64,000 nucleotides of DNA from Gemmatimonadales bacterium (GTDB lineage Bacteria; Gemmatimonadota; Gemmatimonadetes; Gemmatimonadales; GWC2-71-9), in the NCBI GenBank assembly GCA_041613315.1, contig JBFJHJ010000001.1, positions 74,152-138,151 of the forward strand, read 5' to 3'. This document shows, piece by piece, positions 41,382 through 50,949 of the stretch. The notes beneath the pieces were generated by a model, which saw nothing but the letters and a program-made list of their open reading frames with translations, did no database searches and was not told the origin of the DNA. Numbering within the stretch: position 1 is the first letter of the stretch; each line of letters starts with the position of its first letter. A program made the translations under genes and the position numbers.

Positions 41382-41786
41382 ATGCGAGCACGAGCGAAGT
41401 TCATCGTCGGCGCCCTTCTGATCTCGGCGTCCGTGGGGTTCCTGATGGCGTCGGGGATCAAGGAAACCGGCGTCTATTTCGTGACGCCGTCGGAGCTGGC
41501 CGCCAAGGTCGCGGCGGATCCGTCACTCCATAACGTCGGCGTGAAGATGGGTGCGCGGGTAGTCTCCGGCAGCATCCAGCGCGACGTGGCGAGCCAGACG
41601 GTGCGCTTCGAGGTGACCGACGGCCGGCAGCGCTACCCGGTCGTCTACCGGGGGCTCGCGCCCGACACCTTCACCGACGACGTGGAAGTGGTGGTGGAAG
41701 GGCGGTTGTCGCCGGAAGGCGTGTTCCGGGCCACGACGTTGCTGGCCAAGTGCGGCTCGCGGTACGAGACCGTCCCCCAAGCGTGA
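41382..41786 (+). CDS. ccmE: cytochrome c maturation heme chaperone CcmE, Cys-type (CxxxY)
   Basis: N-terminal TM, YF.TPSE, V.Y.G..PDTF, VVVEG, LLAKCGSRY; precedes ccmF. Confidence 0.85.
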   Translation: MRARAKFIVGALLISASVGFLMASGIKETGVYFVTPSELAAKVAADPSLHNVGVKMGARVVSGSIQRDVASQTVRFEVTDGRQRYPVVYRGLAPDTFTDDVEVVVEGRLSPEGVFRATTLLAKCGSRYETVPQA

Positions 41787-41790
41787 CCGC

Positions 41791-43836
41791 GTGACCGTCC
41801 TCGGACAACTGGCGCTCTGGCTGGCCCTCCTCCTCGCGACGTGGGGGACGGTCGTGGGCGTGCTGGGCGGCCGCACGCGACGGCCCGAGCTCGTCCGGAG
41901 CGCGCGGCGCGCGACCTACGCGCTGTTCGGCGTGCTGGCGGTGGCCTCCGCCGGCCTCCTCACCGCCCTGCTGCGCCACGATTTCAACGTGGCGTATGTC
42001 GCGAGCTACACCAGCCGCAACCTGCCGGTCGTCTACACGGTCGCGGCCTTCTACGGCGGGCAGGCGGGAAGCCTCCTCTTCTGGGCGTTCGTGCTGAGCC
42101 TGTTCGCGGCGCTGGCACAGTGGCTCACGCCGCGACGCTACGACGGGCTCCTGCCCTACGTCGCGTCGGTGACGTCGGCGGTGACGCTGTTCTTCGTCGT
42201 CGTCATGGTCTTCGCCGCCAACCCGTTTGAGCGCCTCCCGTTCACGCCGCTGGACGGCAGCGGGCTCAACCCCCAGCTCCAGAACGCGGGGATGGTGATC
42301 CATCCGCCGATGCTGTACCTGGGGTACATTTCCATCACGGTCCCGTTCGCATTCGGCGTGGCGGCGCTGATCTCCAAACGGCTGGATACCGGGTGGCTGC
42401 ATGCCATCCGGAAGTGGACCCTGGTGTCGTGGCTCTTCCTGTCTATCGGCATCACGCTGGGGATGTGGTGGGCGTACGTCGAGCTCGGGTGGGGCGGCTA
42501 CTGGGCGTGGGATCCCGTGGAAAACGCCAGTTTCCTCCCGTGGCTGACGATGACCGCGTTCCTCCACTCGGTGATGGTCCAGGAGAAGCGGGGGATGCTG
42601 AAGAAGTGGAACATGGTGCTCATCATGTTGAGCTTCATGCTCTCCATCTTCGGCACCTTCATCACGCGGAGCGGTATCATCTCCAGCGTGCACTCCTTTA
42701 CGCAGTCCTCGGTGGGCTTCTACTTCCTCGGGTTCCTCGTCGTCGCGGCGGTGCTCCTCGGCTGGCTGCTGTGGAGCCGCCTGCCCCTGCTGGAGCCGGA
42801 GGCGCAACTCGAGAGCATGTTGTCCCGAGAGGCGAGCTTCCTGTTCAACAACCTCCTGTTCGTGGGCATCGCGTTCTCCGTGCTCTGGGGCACCATGTTT
42901 CCGATGATCTCGGAGCTGGTGCGCGGGACGCAGGTCACCGTCGGGCCGCCGTTCTTCAATCAGGTCAACATCCCGATCGGACTGGGCCTCCTCGCGCTCA
43001 CGGGCATCGGGCCGCTCATCGCGTGGCGCCGGGCGAGCCCTGGGAATCTCAGGCGGCAGTTCGCCGTCCCGGTGGCGATCGGGGCCGCCGTCGGCGCCCT
43101 GTTGGTCGCCCTCCGGTTTAGTGACGTCTATGCCGGTATGGCGATCGGCCTCGGCGCGTTCGTCGTGGCCACGGTCGGGCAGGAGTTCGTGCGCGGCGTG
43201 GGGGCGCGCCACCGGCTGCACGGTGAGGGGCATGCGCTGGCGTTCGCCCGACTCGTCGGGCGCAACCGGCGCCGCTACGGCGGCTACATCGTGCACCTGG
43301 GAATCGTCACGTACTTCGTCGCGTTCGCCGGAATGGCGTTCAAGACGGAGATGGAGGCCTCGCTCAAGCCGGGCGAATCGGCCCAGCTCCGCTCCCCGTT
43401 CGGTCACACCTACACCTTCACGCACCTGGGGGTCTCGCAGTACGACCAGCTCAACCGCTTCGTGTCGGCCGCGAGCGTCGATGTGGCGCGGGACGGCAAG
43501 CGCCTGGGCGTGATGCAAAGCGAGAAGCGGCAGCACGTGGACTCGTTCGGTCGCCCGACGTTCGAGCCGTCCACCGAAGCCGGCATCCGAAGCCTGCTCC
43601 GCGAGGACATCTACATCGTCTACGCCGGGTCCGTGGCCGGCACCGAAGAGGCGGTCTACCGCTTCACGCTCAACCCGTTGGTGTGGTGGGTTTGGTTCGG
43701 GGGCTTCGTGCTCGTGATCGGTGGCATCGTGACGATGTGGCCGGGCACCGGGACGCCCAACGCGTCGTTGCGGCGAGCGATGAGCGGGTACACCGCGCGG
43801 TTGGTGGGGAAGGAGGGCGCTCCCGTTGCCGGGTGA
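41791..43836 (+). CDS. ccmF: cytochrome c heme lyase CcmF
   Basis: GLNPQLQ, HPPMLYLGY, WAYVELGWGGYWAWDPVENAS (WWD domain), SVHSF, GGYIVHLG. Confidence 0.95.
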   Translation: MTVLGQLALWLALLLATWGTVVGVLGGRTRRPELVRSARRATYALFGVLAVASAGLLTALLRHDFNVAYVASYTSRNLPVVYTVAAFYGGQAGSLLFWAFVLSLFAALAQWLTPRRYDGLLPYVASVTSAVTLFFVVVMVFAANPFERLPFTPLDGSGLNPQLQNAGMVIHPPMLYLGYISITVPFAFGVAALISKRLDTGWLHAIRKWTLVSWLFLSIGITLGMWWAYVELGWGGYWAWDPVENASFLPWLTMTAFLHSVMVQEKRGMLKKWNMVLIMLSFMLSIFGTFITRSGIISSVHSFTQSSVGFYFLGFLVVAAVLLGWLLWSRLPLLEPEAQLESMLSREASFLFNNLLFVGIAFSVLWGTMFPMISELVRGTQVTVGPPFFNQVNIPIGLGLLALTGIGPLIAWRRASPGNLRRQFAVPVAIGAAVGALLVALRFSDVYAGMAIGLGAFVVATVGQEFVRGVGARHRLHGEGHALAFARLVGRNRRRYGGYIVHLGIVTYFVAFAGMAFKTEMEASLKPGESAQLRSPFGHTYTFTHLGVSQYDQLNRFVSAASVDVARDGKRLGVMQSEKRQHVDSFGRPTFEPSTEAGIRSLLREDIYIVYAGSVAGTEEAVYRFTLNPLVWWVWFGGFVLVIGGIVTMWPGTGTPNASLRRAMSGYTARLVGKEGAPVAG

Positions 43837-44389
43837 TCGCCTGAGCCGTCGCCGGGCACTCGGCGTGGCGATCGCGGCGCTGCTGCCCGCCCCCCTCTTG
43901 GCCCAACAGGACACGTCGGAGGTCCTCCGGCTCATGGACCCGTTCCGCGCCGGCCGGCCGCGCGACCGGATCACAGACTACGAGAACGACCCGTTCATCG
44001 TCGGTCTGGAGGAGCAGCTGCGCTGCACGTGCGGCTGCAACCTGAGTGTGTACACGTGCCGCACGACCGATTTCACCTGTACCGTCTCGCCGGCGATGCA
44101 CCGGGACGTCGTCGCGATGGTGGAAGAGCAGAAGACGGCGCAACAGATCCTGGACAGCTTCGTCGCCCAGTATGGCGAGACCGTGCTGATGGCGCCGCGC
44201 AAGGAGGGGTTCAACCTCGCCGGCTACGTGGTGCCGGGCGTCGCGATCACGCTCACCGGCGGGGTGCTGGCCTGGGCGTTGGCGCGGCGCATACGGCTGG
44301 CCGTCCCGTCGTCCGCCGAGCCGTCGTCCGAGCTGTCGAGCGAGGACGCTGCCCGCCTCGAGGCCGAGCTCCGTCAGTTGGAGCGCTGA
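43826..44389 (+). CDS. ccmH: cytochrome c biogenesis protein CcmH-like
   Basis: LRCTCGC thiol motif, 'I...FV..YGE.VL.AP' pattern, C-terminal TM. Confidence 0.75.
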   Translation: MPGDRLSRRRALGVAIAALLPAPLLAQQDTSEVLRLMDPFRAGRPRDRITDYENDPFIVGLEEQLRCTCGCNLSVYTCRTTDFTCTVSPAMHRDVVAMVEEQKTAQQILDSFVAQYGETVLMAPRKEGFNLAGYVVPGVAITLTGGVLAWALARRIRLAVPSSAEPSSELSSEDAARLEAELRQLER

Positions 44390-44390
44390 C

Positions 44391-44915
44391 GTGTTGGAGC
44401 TCCTGGCGGGGGTGGTCGTCGCGGTCGCCGCGCTGGCCGCCGTACTCGAGCCGCTGGTCAGCGGTCCCCGCCGTGTGGCCGCGTCCGCTGACGAGCCCGA
44501 CCTGGTCGACCTCGAGGAGTCCGACTCCCCGAAGATCCGCGCGCTCCTGGCACTCAAAGAGATCGAGTTCGACCGGGCGACCGGGAAGCTCTCGGACGAA
44601 GACTACGAGACACTCAAATCGCAGTACGCCAGGGCGGCGGTCGAGGCGCTCAAGGAGGAGGAAGGGGCCGAAGCCGCGGTGGCGGGCGCGGCGGGTGCGC
44701 TCGATGCCGCTGAAGCAGCCGTGAGCCGGGTCAAAGGCGGGGCCGTCGTCTGTCCCGCGTGCGGCCCGCGGCCGGAGCCGGCGGCCCGCTTCTGCTCCTC
44801 GTGCGGGCGATCGCTCACCCGGTCGGGCGCGCGCCCGCGCTGCGGTACGTGCGGGACGGACCTGCCGGACGGCGCGAAGTACTGTGCCGGGTGCGGGGGG
44901 CAGATCGCGGCGTGA
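44391..44915 (+). CDS. CcmI-like N-terminal membrane protein with double zinc ribbon
   Basis: TM, 'ALKEIEFD..TGKLS.EDY', four CxxC pairs (CPAC, CSSC, CGTC, CAGC). Confidence 0.72.
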   Translation: MLELLAGVVVAVAALAAVLEPLVSGPRRVAASADEPDLVDLEESDSPKIRALLALKEIEFDRATGKLSDEDYETLKSQYARAAVEALKEEEGAEAAVAGAAGALDAAEAAVSRVKGGAVVCPACGPRPEPAARFCSSCGRSLTRSGARPRCGTCGTDLPDGAKYCAGCGGQIAA

Positions 44916-44922
44916 GACCCGC

Positions 44923-46605
44923 CTAGAACTCGAAACTCTCCATCTTCTTGAGTCCCACCCGCAACGGCACCACGGTCGCAGCCACACAGATCGCCACGAC
45001 GGCCGCGAACGCCCCGATCATCGTTATGTCAACACTGACCGGCTCTCCCCGGAAGCTCGCCCGCAGATAGCCGTATACGGGTACCGCCTCGATCACGATC
45101 ACCAGGGCCAGGAGCGCCACGGTCGACATCATGAACACCAGGCCACCGAAGGATGTCGGGATCTGCGCCGCATTCTCGGTCTCGAATTGCGGATAGAGCG
45201 CCCCGAACCCCAGCGCCATGGCGCTGATCGCCAGCGTCAACAGCACGATCGTACCTGCTCCGACCGCCATCATGAATGGGGTCGCGCGGAGAATCACATT
45301 CGTGAACACGGTAATCAGGAGCGCCAGGACCAGGAGGGGGACCGTACCGATCCAATACTTGGACCAGAGCAGGGCGCGGAGATCCAGCGGGCTCGACCGC
45401 AGGAGCCACATTTGTCGCCCCTCGATCGAGATGGACGGAAAGATGAACCGTGCGGCAATGGCCGAGAGGACAAAGCCGGCCAGCCCCAAGTTCAAGAACG
45501 ACACCACGGTTACCAGGAAGAACGGCACCTGCTCGCCGCGGAACAGCGGGAGCGCCCGGATGTTGAAGAGGTAGATCACCACGAGCACACCCAGGAGGAT
45601 GAGCTGGCTCCACTGCGTGGTGTCCCGAAAGAACAGCTTGAGGTCCTTGATGAGGAACTCCCGCTTGGCCACCGACAGCGGTCGGAACAGGGGATCCAGC
45701 ACCCGTTGCCACACCCATCCCTTGATGAACCGCTCAGCACCTTCCTGGGCCTTGGTGAAACCGGTCGGGTAGAGCCGGTAGTGCAGCATGGCGCCGAGCA
45801 CGACGAAGGCGGCCGCGGTGAGCCACAGCAACACCACGGGGAACAGATCGAGTGGACCAACGAGGTACCCGACGAGGCCGTCGGTGGCCCATTCGCTCGG
45901 GAGCAGCGGCGAGGTGGGCGTGCGGAGCACGGTGATGAAGTCCAGCAGGTTCCGGAATCCTTCGGGGCGCGCCAGTTGCTCGGGGCGCACCAGCCGAAAC
46001 AAGAGTACCACGCCGCCCGCGGCCCCCAGGGCGATGATTGAGAGGAGATCCCGGGTGCGCCGCGCCGGGAACACGTTCACCAGGATCAGCGTCAGGGCGC
46101 TCCCCACGACGGCTGGCAGCACGAGCAGCGGCAGAAACACCAGGATGGCGTACGGACCGAAGAGCCAGCCACCGTCGTAGATGACGCCGTACGCCGTGAA
46201 GATCGGCACCGCCATGAGCGCCACCATCCACGAGCTGTGCACCAGCGTCTCGCCGAGCTTGGCCAGATAGAGGTGCAGCCAGTCCACCGGCGAGGAAGTG
46301 AGGAGATCGAGGTCCTGGGCGAGGAAGAACGACGACAGCGCCGTGATGACGTTGGAGAGAAGCAGGATCCCCAAGAACGAGAGCAGCACCAGGCCCAGGA
46401 GCTTCCCCGCGAGCAAGGTGCCGATCTCTTCGACACCCCGGAAGTAGGCCAGCACCCGGTACAGGACGCCGAACACCGCGAGCCAGAAGACGACGCCGAC
46501 GCTGCCGATCACGAGCGCCTTCGTACCGCTCTGCGTATCCCGCTGCCGGAAACGCGTGAGCGCGGTGCGCCACTTTGGGAACACCACGAGCGCCAGCGAC
46601 CGCAT
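44923..46605 (-). CDS. putative ABC transporter permease (about 12 TM)
   Basis: DLDLL.SSP, LPSEW, KDLK.F.RD..QW, S.EG...WLL.SSP....LL.SK; follows an ABC ATPase. Confidence 0.85.
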   Translation of the reverse strand: MRSLALVVFPKWRTALTRFRQRDTQSGTKALVIGSVGVVFWLAVFGVLYRVLAYFRGVEEIGTLLAGKLLGLVLLSFLGILLLSNVITALSSFFLAQDLDLLTSSPVDWLHLYLAKLGETLVHSSWMVALMAVPIFTAYGVIYDGGWLFGPYAILVFLPLLVLPAVVGSALTLILVNVFPARRTRDLLSIIALGAAGGVVLLFRLVRPEQLARPEGFRNLLDFITVLRTPTSPLLPSEWATDGLVGYLVGPLDLFPVVLLWLTAAAFVVLGAMLHYRLYPTGFTKAQEGAERFIKGWVWQRVLDPLFRPLSVAKREFLIKDLKLFFRDTTQWSQLILLGVLVVIYLFNIRALPLFRGEQVPFFLVTVVSFLNLGLAGFVLSAIAARFIFPSISIEGRQMWLLRSSPLDLRALLWSKYWIGTVPLLVLALLITVFTNVILRATPFMMAVGAGTIVLLTLAISAMALGFGALYPQFETENAAQIPTSFGGLVFMMSTVALLALVIVIEAVPVYGYLRASFRGEPVSVDITMIGAFAAVVAICVAATVVPLRVGLKKMESFEF

Positions 46606-47363
46606 CAGTCCTCCAGGACTGCCGTCAGCTCGCGGAGCGCCGGACCGCCGGTGAGCTTGAGGAACAACTCCTCGAGCGAGACGTCGCCGGCCGCGGTCTG
46701 CCGGCGCAGTTCCTCCACCGTGCCGTTCGCCACGATCTTCCCCGACTGGATGATCGCGATCCGGTCGCACATCGCCTGCGCGACCTCCAGCGTATGGGTG
46801 CTCATCAGCACCGTCCCGCCTCGCGCGGTGAACTCCCGGAAGATGTCCTTCAAGAGCCGCGCACCCTTCGGATCGAGCCCCACCATCGGCTCGTCCACGA
46901 CGATGCACTCGGGCCGGTGGATCAGCGCGCTCGAGATGATGAGCTTCTGGCGCATTCCGTGGCTGTACGACTCGACAAGCTCGTTCTTCCACACCGACAG
47001 CTCGAACAGATCCAGCAACTCGTCGATACGCCGCTCGATCTGCCTCCCGTCCTGGTTGTACAGCCCCGCCACGAAGCGGAGGAACTCGGCACCCGTGAGC
47101 TTGTCGTACACGAACGGTCGGTCCGGGATGAAGCCGAGCCGCGCCTTCGCCGCCATCGGGTCGGTCAGCAAGTCGTCGCCCCCCAGCCAGATCCGGCCGG
47201 CGGTGGGGCGGAGGATCCCCGCGATCATCCGCAGCGTGGTGGTCTTCCCCGCGCCGTTCGGTCCCAGAAAACCGAACAGCTGCCCGCGAGGGACGTGGAG
47301 CTCGATGCGGTCCACCGCCACGAACGTGCCGTAATTCTTGGTCACCTGCTCCAACCGGATCAT
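46605..47363 (-). CDS. ABC transporter ATP-binding protein
   Basis: GPNGAGKTT, YSHGMRQK, VVDEPMVGLDP, STH. Confidence 0.92.
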   Translation of the reverse strand: MIRLEQVTKNYGTFVAVDRIELHVPRGQLFGFLGPNGAGKTTTLRMIAGILRPTAGRIWLGGDDLLTDPMAAKARLGFIPDRPFVYDKLTGAEFLRFVAGLYNQDGRQIERRIDELLDLFELSVWKNELVESYSHGMRQKLIISSALIHRPECIVVDEPMVGLDPKGARLLKDIFREFTARGGTVLMSTHTLEVAQAMCDRIAIIQSGKIVANGTVEELRRQTAAGDVSLEELFLKLTGGPALRELTAVLED

Positions 47364-48910
47364 GGTGTGTTCGTGACCTCCACGACCTCGAGTGAGAGCC
47401 GCCCGATGAGCCGTATCAGCTCGACCTGCCGAGCCAGTCCGCCGATCGTGAACCGGAGATGCGCCGCGTCCGCCGGGAACTGGTTGAACGTGGGGTCGAC
47501 CGCCACCCAGCCTTTCAGGTAGACCTCCGGCCATGCATGGTAGTAGAAGCGACCGTCCACGTACACGAGCCCCGCGGCCGTACGGGTCGGGAGCCCGACC
47601 GCCCGGGCGAGCGCGACGTACAGCACCGTGTGCTCGTTGCAGTCGCCCCGCCGGGTCTCCAGCACGTCCAGGGCGCTGGGGACACTCATCGTGATCCGCT
47701 TCTCCAGCCGGTCGTACACCCACTCCGTGAGCAGCCGCGCCACGCGTCCAGGGTGTGTCTCGCGTCCCACGATCTGGCGGGCCTGCGCCTGGATCCGGGG
47801 GTCGTCGCTCTGGATGAGCGGCTCGGCGGCGAGGAAGCGCCGCAGGTCCTCACCCCGCTCGGGGAGGCGCGGCAGCCGATACGCCGGCCGCAGGGCGTCG
47901 GCCCCCTCGCGTCGGACGACGAGCGTGTCGCCCGCCAAACTCTGCCGCCCCCCTGAGAGATCGAAGCCTGCGAGATCCACGCCGGTCAGCCGCACGCGGA
48001 GTTCGGCCAGCGCGTCGCGCGTGAGCACCGCATTCGACGCGATCGCCGTCTGGCGGATCACGTCCCCCCGCGCCAGCGCCGCGACGGAGGCGTCGTCGGT
48101 GCGGCGGAAGTTCTCGAAAGCCACCTCGTAGGCCGTCCGCCGCAGGGTGAAGCCCACCGGCGTCGTGGCCTCGACCACATGGCCCACGTCGTCGATCCAT
48201 GCCTCGAGCTCGATGCCACCGACCTGCTGTCGAAGCTGCCAGGCGTGCACGGTGTCCCAGCGCGCCGCCACCCAGGTCGCACGGGCCGGGTCGAAGCGGC
48301 CCGAGTCGGGCACCACGAAGGTGGACTCGGCGGTGACGGTCACCGCGACGTCGCGCTCCTCGAGCAGCATAGGGTCGAACATGCGCACCGCATAGCGCCG
48401 GCCGACCGCGAGCCGCCCGCCGAACGCGAGCTGGAGCGGCAGCAAGCCCGGGAGCACGACCGGGCGTTCGAGCGGTACCCGCACCGTCTGGCGGTTGTCG
48501 GGCGTCCCGATCTCCACCGTGAGCAGCGTGTCGCCCGCGACGGTGCCGCGGGCATCGAATCGCACGGATTCCCCGCGCAGCCCCGCGACGAAGCTCCGCA
48601 AGCGCAGCCCGCGGGAGAGGACGGCCTCGGTGCGCGCGTCCATCCGCTGCACAGTCCCCAGTATCGGGATGCGTAGCAACATCCAGTCCGTGATCCGGAT
48701 TTCCTCCGGGAGTGTGTCCACCTTGCTGGAGGCGAAGCCGATCTGATGGCCGTCGAGCTCGACCATGTAGTAGGTCGCCCCGGGCGTCACGTTCATCGCG
48801 GCTTCGGCCAGGAGCTCCGCCGACGGACGGAAGTACTCGCGGCGAACCAGCCACCCGAGCGCGGCGAGCCAGGTGACGAGGATGGCACTCGCCCACATGT
48901 GGCGGTTCAT
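47360..48910 (-). CDS. membrane-anchored transglutaminase-like domain protein
   Basis: Catalytic triad context GDCNEH, YHAWPE, WVAVDPT; N-terminal TM. Confidence 0.88.
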   Translation of the reverse strand: MNRHMWASAILVTWLAALGWLVRREYFRPSAELLAEAAMNVTPGATYYMVELDGHQIGFASSKVDTLPEEIRITDWMLLRIPILGTVQRMDARTEAVLSRGLRLRSFVAGLRGESVRFDARGTVAGDTLLTVEIGTPDNRQTVRVPLERPVVLPGLLPLQLAFGGRLAVGRRYAVRMFDPMLLEERDVAVTVTAESTFVVPDSGRFDPARATWVAARWDTVHAWQLRQQVGGIELEAWIDDVGHVVEATTPVGFTLRRTAYEVAFENFRRTDDASVAALARGDVIRQTAIASNAVLTRDALAELRVRLTGVDLAGFDLSGGRQSLAGDTLVVRREGADALRPAYRLPRLPERGEDLRRFLAAEPLIQSDDPRIQAQARQIVGRETHPGRVARLLTEWVYDRLEKRITMSVPSALDVLETRRGDCNEHTVLYVALARAVGLPTRTAAGLVYVDGRFYYHAWPEVYLKGWVAVDPTFNQFPADAAHLRFTIGGLARQVELIRLIGRLSLEVVEVTNTP

Positions 48911-49416
48911 GCGTTCAGTTGGCTCCGGAGACAGGTTTCGAACAGTTCGCGCTCGTCGTCGCTCTCCACCACTATACACACGTCGTGGGGGTAGGTCGCC
49001 CCCTGCCGCTGCGCCTCCGCCAGCACGTCCACCATGATGCGCGCGGCGTCCTCCACGGAGAGATTGCCCGCCCCGGTGCCCAGAGGCGGCAGCGTGAGGC
49101 TGCCGAGCTGCCAGTCCGCGGCGCGCTGCAAGACGCTCACGAGCGCCCGCCGGACCCCGCCGGCCGTCACCGGCTGGTCGGCGCTCCGAATCACGGCGTG
49201 GATCACGAACTCGGCCGCGAGGTCGCCGCCGCCGGTCACCACCGCCGCGCCGATGTCGAGATCCGACTGTACGTGGAGGTGCGCGTGGAAGGCGGGCCCG
49301 CCCACCTGCTCCAACCGGCGCAGCGCCGGTGTGGTGGGCTCCAGGCTCGCGGTGGCGGGGCGAACGACCGCGTCCGACGGGACGAACGCGAGATCGTCCA
49401 CCACAACGCGGATCAC
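48907..49416 (-). CDS. macro domain protein (degenerate)
   Basis: IRVVVDDL, G.AVVTGGGDL.A.FVIHAV, PPLGTGAG; lacks NAAN/GGG. Confidence 0.75.
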   Translation of the reverse strand: MIRVVVDDLAFVPSDAVVRPATASLEPTTPALRRLEQVGGPAFHAHLHVQSDLDIGAAVVTGGGDLAAEFVIHAVIRSADQPVTAGGVRRALVSVLQRAADWQLGSLTLPPLGTGAGNLSVEDAARIMVDVLAEAQRQGATYPHDVCIVVESDDERELFETCLRSQLNA

Positions 49417-50462
49417 CGTCCGGCGAGCTCCCGGGAGCGGCGGTACATCTGGGCGGCATCCTCGGGCCGGTTCAGCCGGTCGAGCACGATACCGAGGCCG
49501 TACAGCGCTTTGGGGTTGTTCGGGCGGAGCTCAGCCGCCCGCTGGTAAGACTGGAGCGCCCCGTCGAGGTCATCCACGTGGTTGAGGGCTTCGCCCAGGT
49601 AGAAATACGCCGCCGCCCGGTTGGAATCGAGCTCGATCGCGCGGCGCAGATAGGGGATCGCCTCGCGCCACAGCCCCTTGCGCGAGATCACGAGGCCGAG
49701 GTTGAAGTGCGCCTCCGCGTGCGCCGGGTCGAGCCGCAAGACCTTGCGCAGCTCGGCCTCGGCGTCCGGAAAGCGCCCGAGGGATCCCAGCACCGCCCCC
49801 CGGTTCACGAGCACGTCCGGATTCTCGGGCTCGTAGGTGAGGCATTCCTCGAGTTGGTCGAGCGCCGCGTCGTGCTCGCCGGCTTGGTCGAGCAGCAGGG
49901 CGAGATTGTTGCGCCCCCGCACGTGGCGCGGACTGAGCTGGAGCAGTTCGCGATAGATGCCGATCGCGCGCTGGACCTGTGCCTGCGCCGCCGCCTCGCG
50001 CGCCGCTCGGTACAGGAGATCCTCCGCCGACGGCTCGTCTCCGACCGGCCCGCCGGCGTCCAGCGGGTCATCGTCGGCTATCGGCTCGTCGGCCGGTTCG
50101 AGCGCGGCGGGCGCCGGAATGTCGACCTCGGTGTCATCCCCCTCGGCAGCGGCGTCCGCCCCCTCGACGTCCGCCAGCGCGGCCGCCGCCGGCTCGGGAA
50201 CGCCGAGCGCCGGGGGCTGGTCGTCCGGGTCGCCTGCCGGCACGGCGTCGGCGGCGACGACCGGCTGCCCCTCGGGGGTATCGAGGTCGGCGGCGGGTAG
50301 ATCGGCCAGCTCAAAGGGCAGGGCCAGGGCCGGCTGGGGATGCGGCTCCACCACGTCCTCGTCGTCCGACGGGGCATCGGTGGTCTTGAGCCGGGCAGCC
50401 CGCGCCGTTAGCTCCGCGGCCATGCGCCGACGCAGGCGGCGGCGCTGCTCCCGGCGGTTCAC
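49413..50462 (-). CDS. tetratricopeptide repeat protein with acidic low-complexity N-terminus
   Basis: About 5-6 TPRs (RNNLALLL, AHFNLGLV, AYFYLGEAL, ALYGLGIVL); GTG start overlapping the cutA stop. Confidence 0.82.
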   Translation of the reverse strand: MNRREQRRRLRRRMAAELTARAARLKTTDAPSDDEDVVEPHPQPALALPFELADLPAADLDTPEGQPVVAADAVPAGDPDDQPPALGVPEPAAAALADVEGADAAAEGDDTEVDIPAPAALEPADEPIADDDPLDAGGPVGDEPSAEDLLYRAAREAAAQAQVQRAIGIYRELLQLSPRHVRGRNNLALLLDQAGEHDAALDQLEECLTYEPENPDVLVNRGAVLGSLGRFPDAEAELRKVLRLDPAHAEAHFNLGLVISRKGLWREAIPYLRRAIELDSNRAAAYFYLGEALNHVDDLDGALQSYQRAAELRPNNPKALYGLGIVLDRLNRPEDAAQMYRRSRELAGR

Positions 50463-50812
50463 GCGGAGGCCTCCCCGGCGACCGCGGTTTCCCGCTCCAG
50501 CCACGCTAGGTATCCCGGGAGACCGACCGTGACCGGCAGGGCGATCAGCTCAGGCACGTCGTAGGGGTGGAATTGGCGGACGGCCCGCTGCAGGTCGTCC
50601 CAGCGGTCCCGGCGGGTCTTCAGCAGCACCTGCGTTTCGCCGGCCTCCTCGATCGCCCCTTTCCAGCGGTAGATCGATGTGGCGGGACCGAGGACCGTCC
50701 CGCAGGCGACGAGGCGCCCTTCCACCAGCCGCCGCACGAACGTTCGTGCCTCGTCGGCGCTGCCGAGGGTCGTGAGGACGACCAGTGTGTCCGCGCTCTG
50801 GCGTGCGCCCAT
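50459..50812 (-). CDS. cutA: divalent-cation tolerance protein CutA
   Basis: [18 protein letters not shown]...E..LLKT, HPYDVPE. Confidence 0.9.
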   Translation of the reverse strand: MGARQSADTLVVLTTLGSADEARTFVRRLVEGRLVACGTVLGPATSIYRWKGAIEEAGETQVLLKTRRDRWDDLQRAVRQFHPYDVPELIALPVTVGLPGYLAWLERETAVAGEASA

Positions 50813-50911
50813 GATGAGTGGTCCCTGCATGGTGAACGGCCGGGGACGGTGAAGCTACGGCCGGTCTCCCTGGGCCGCAAGGACATACGTCACACCGCCG
50901 GGGGGGGAGAA

Positions 50912-50941
50912 TTGACCGGGACTCGGAGCGTCGCGTACTTT
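50912..50941 (+). promoter_or_regulatory. sigma70-type promoter for uvrA (possibly leaderless transcript)
   Basis: TTGACC-N18-TACTTT ending 8 nt before the ATG; no clear SD. Confidence 0.5.
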
Positions 50942-50949
50942 GCAAGGCT

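Noticed and set aside
44923..47363. ABC ATPase plus permease next to ccmEFH as possible ccmAB
   Set aside because: They are on the opposite strand and part of another operon, and the 560-aa permease is far larger than CcmB and lacks its features.
48907..50462. Macro domain plus TPR as a possible anti-phage or toxin-antitoxin system (e.g. DarTG- or Thoeris-like)
   Set aside because: No ADP-ribosyltransferase, SIR2, TIR or nuclease partner is nearby, and the context is a housekeeping-like operon.
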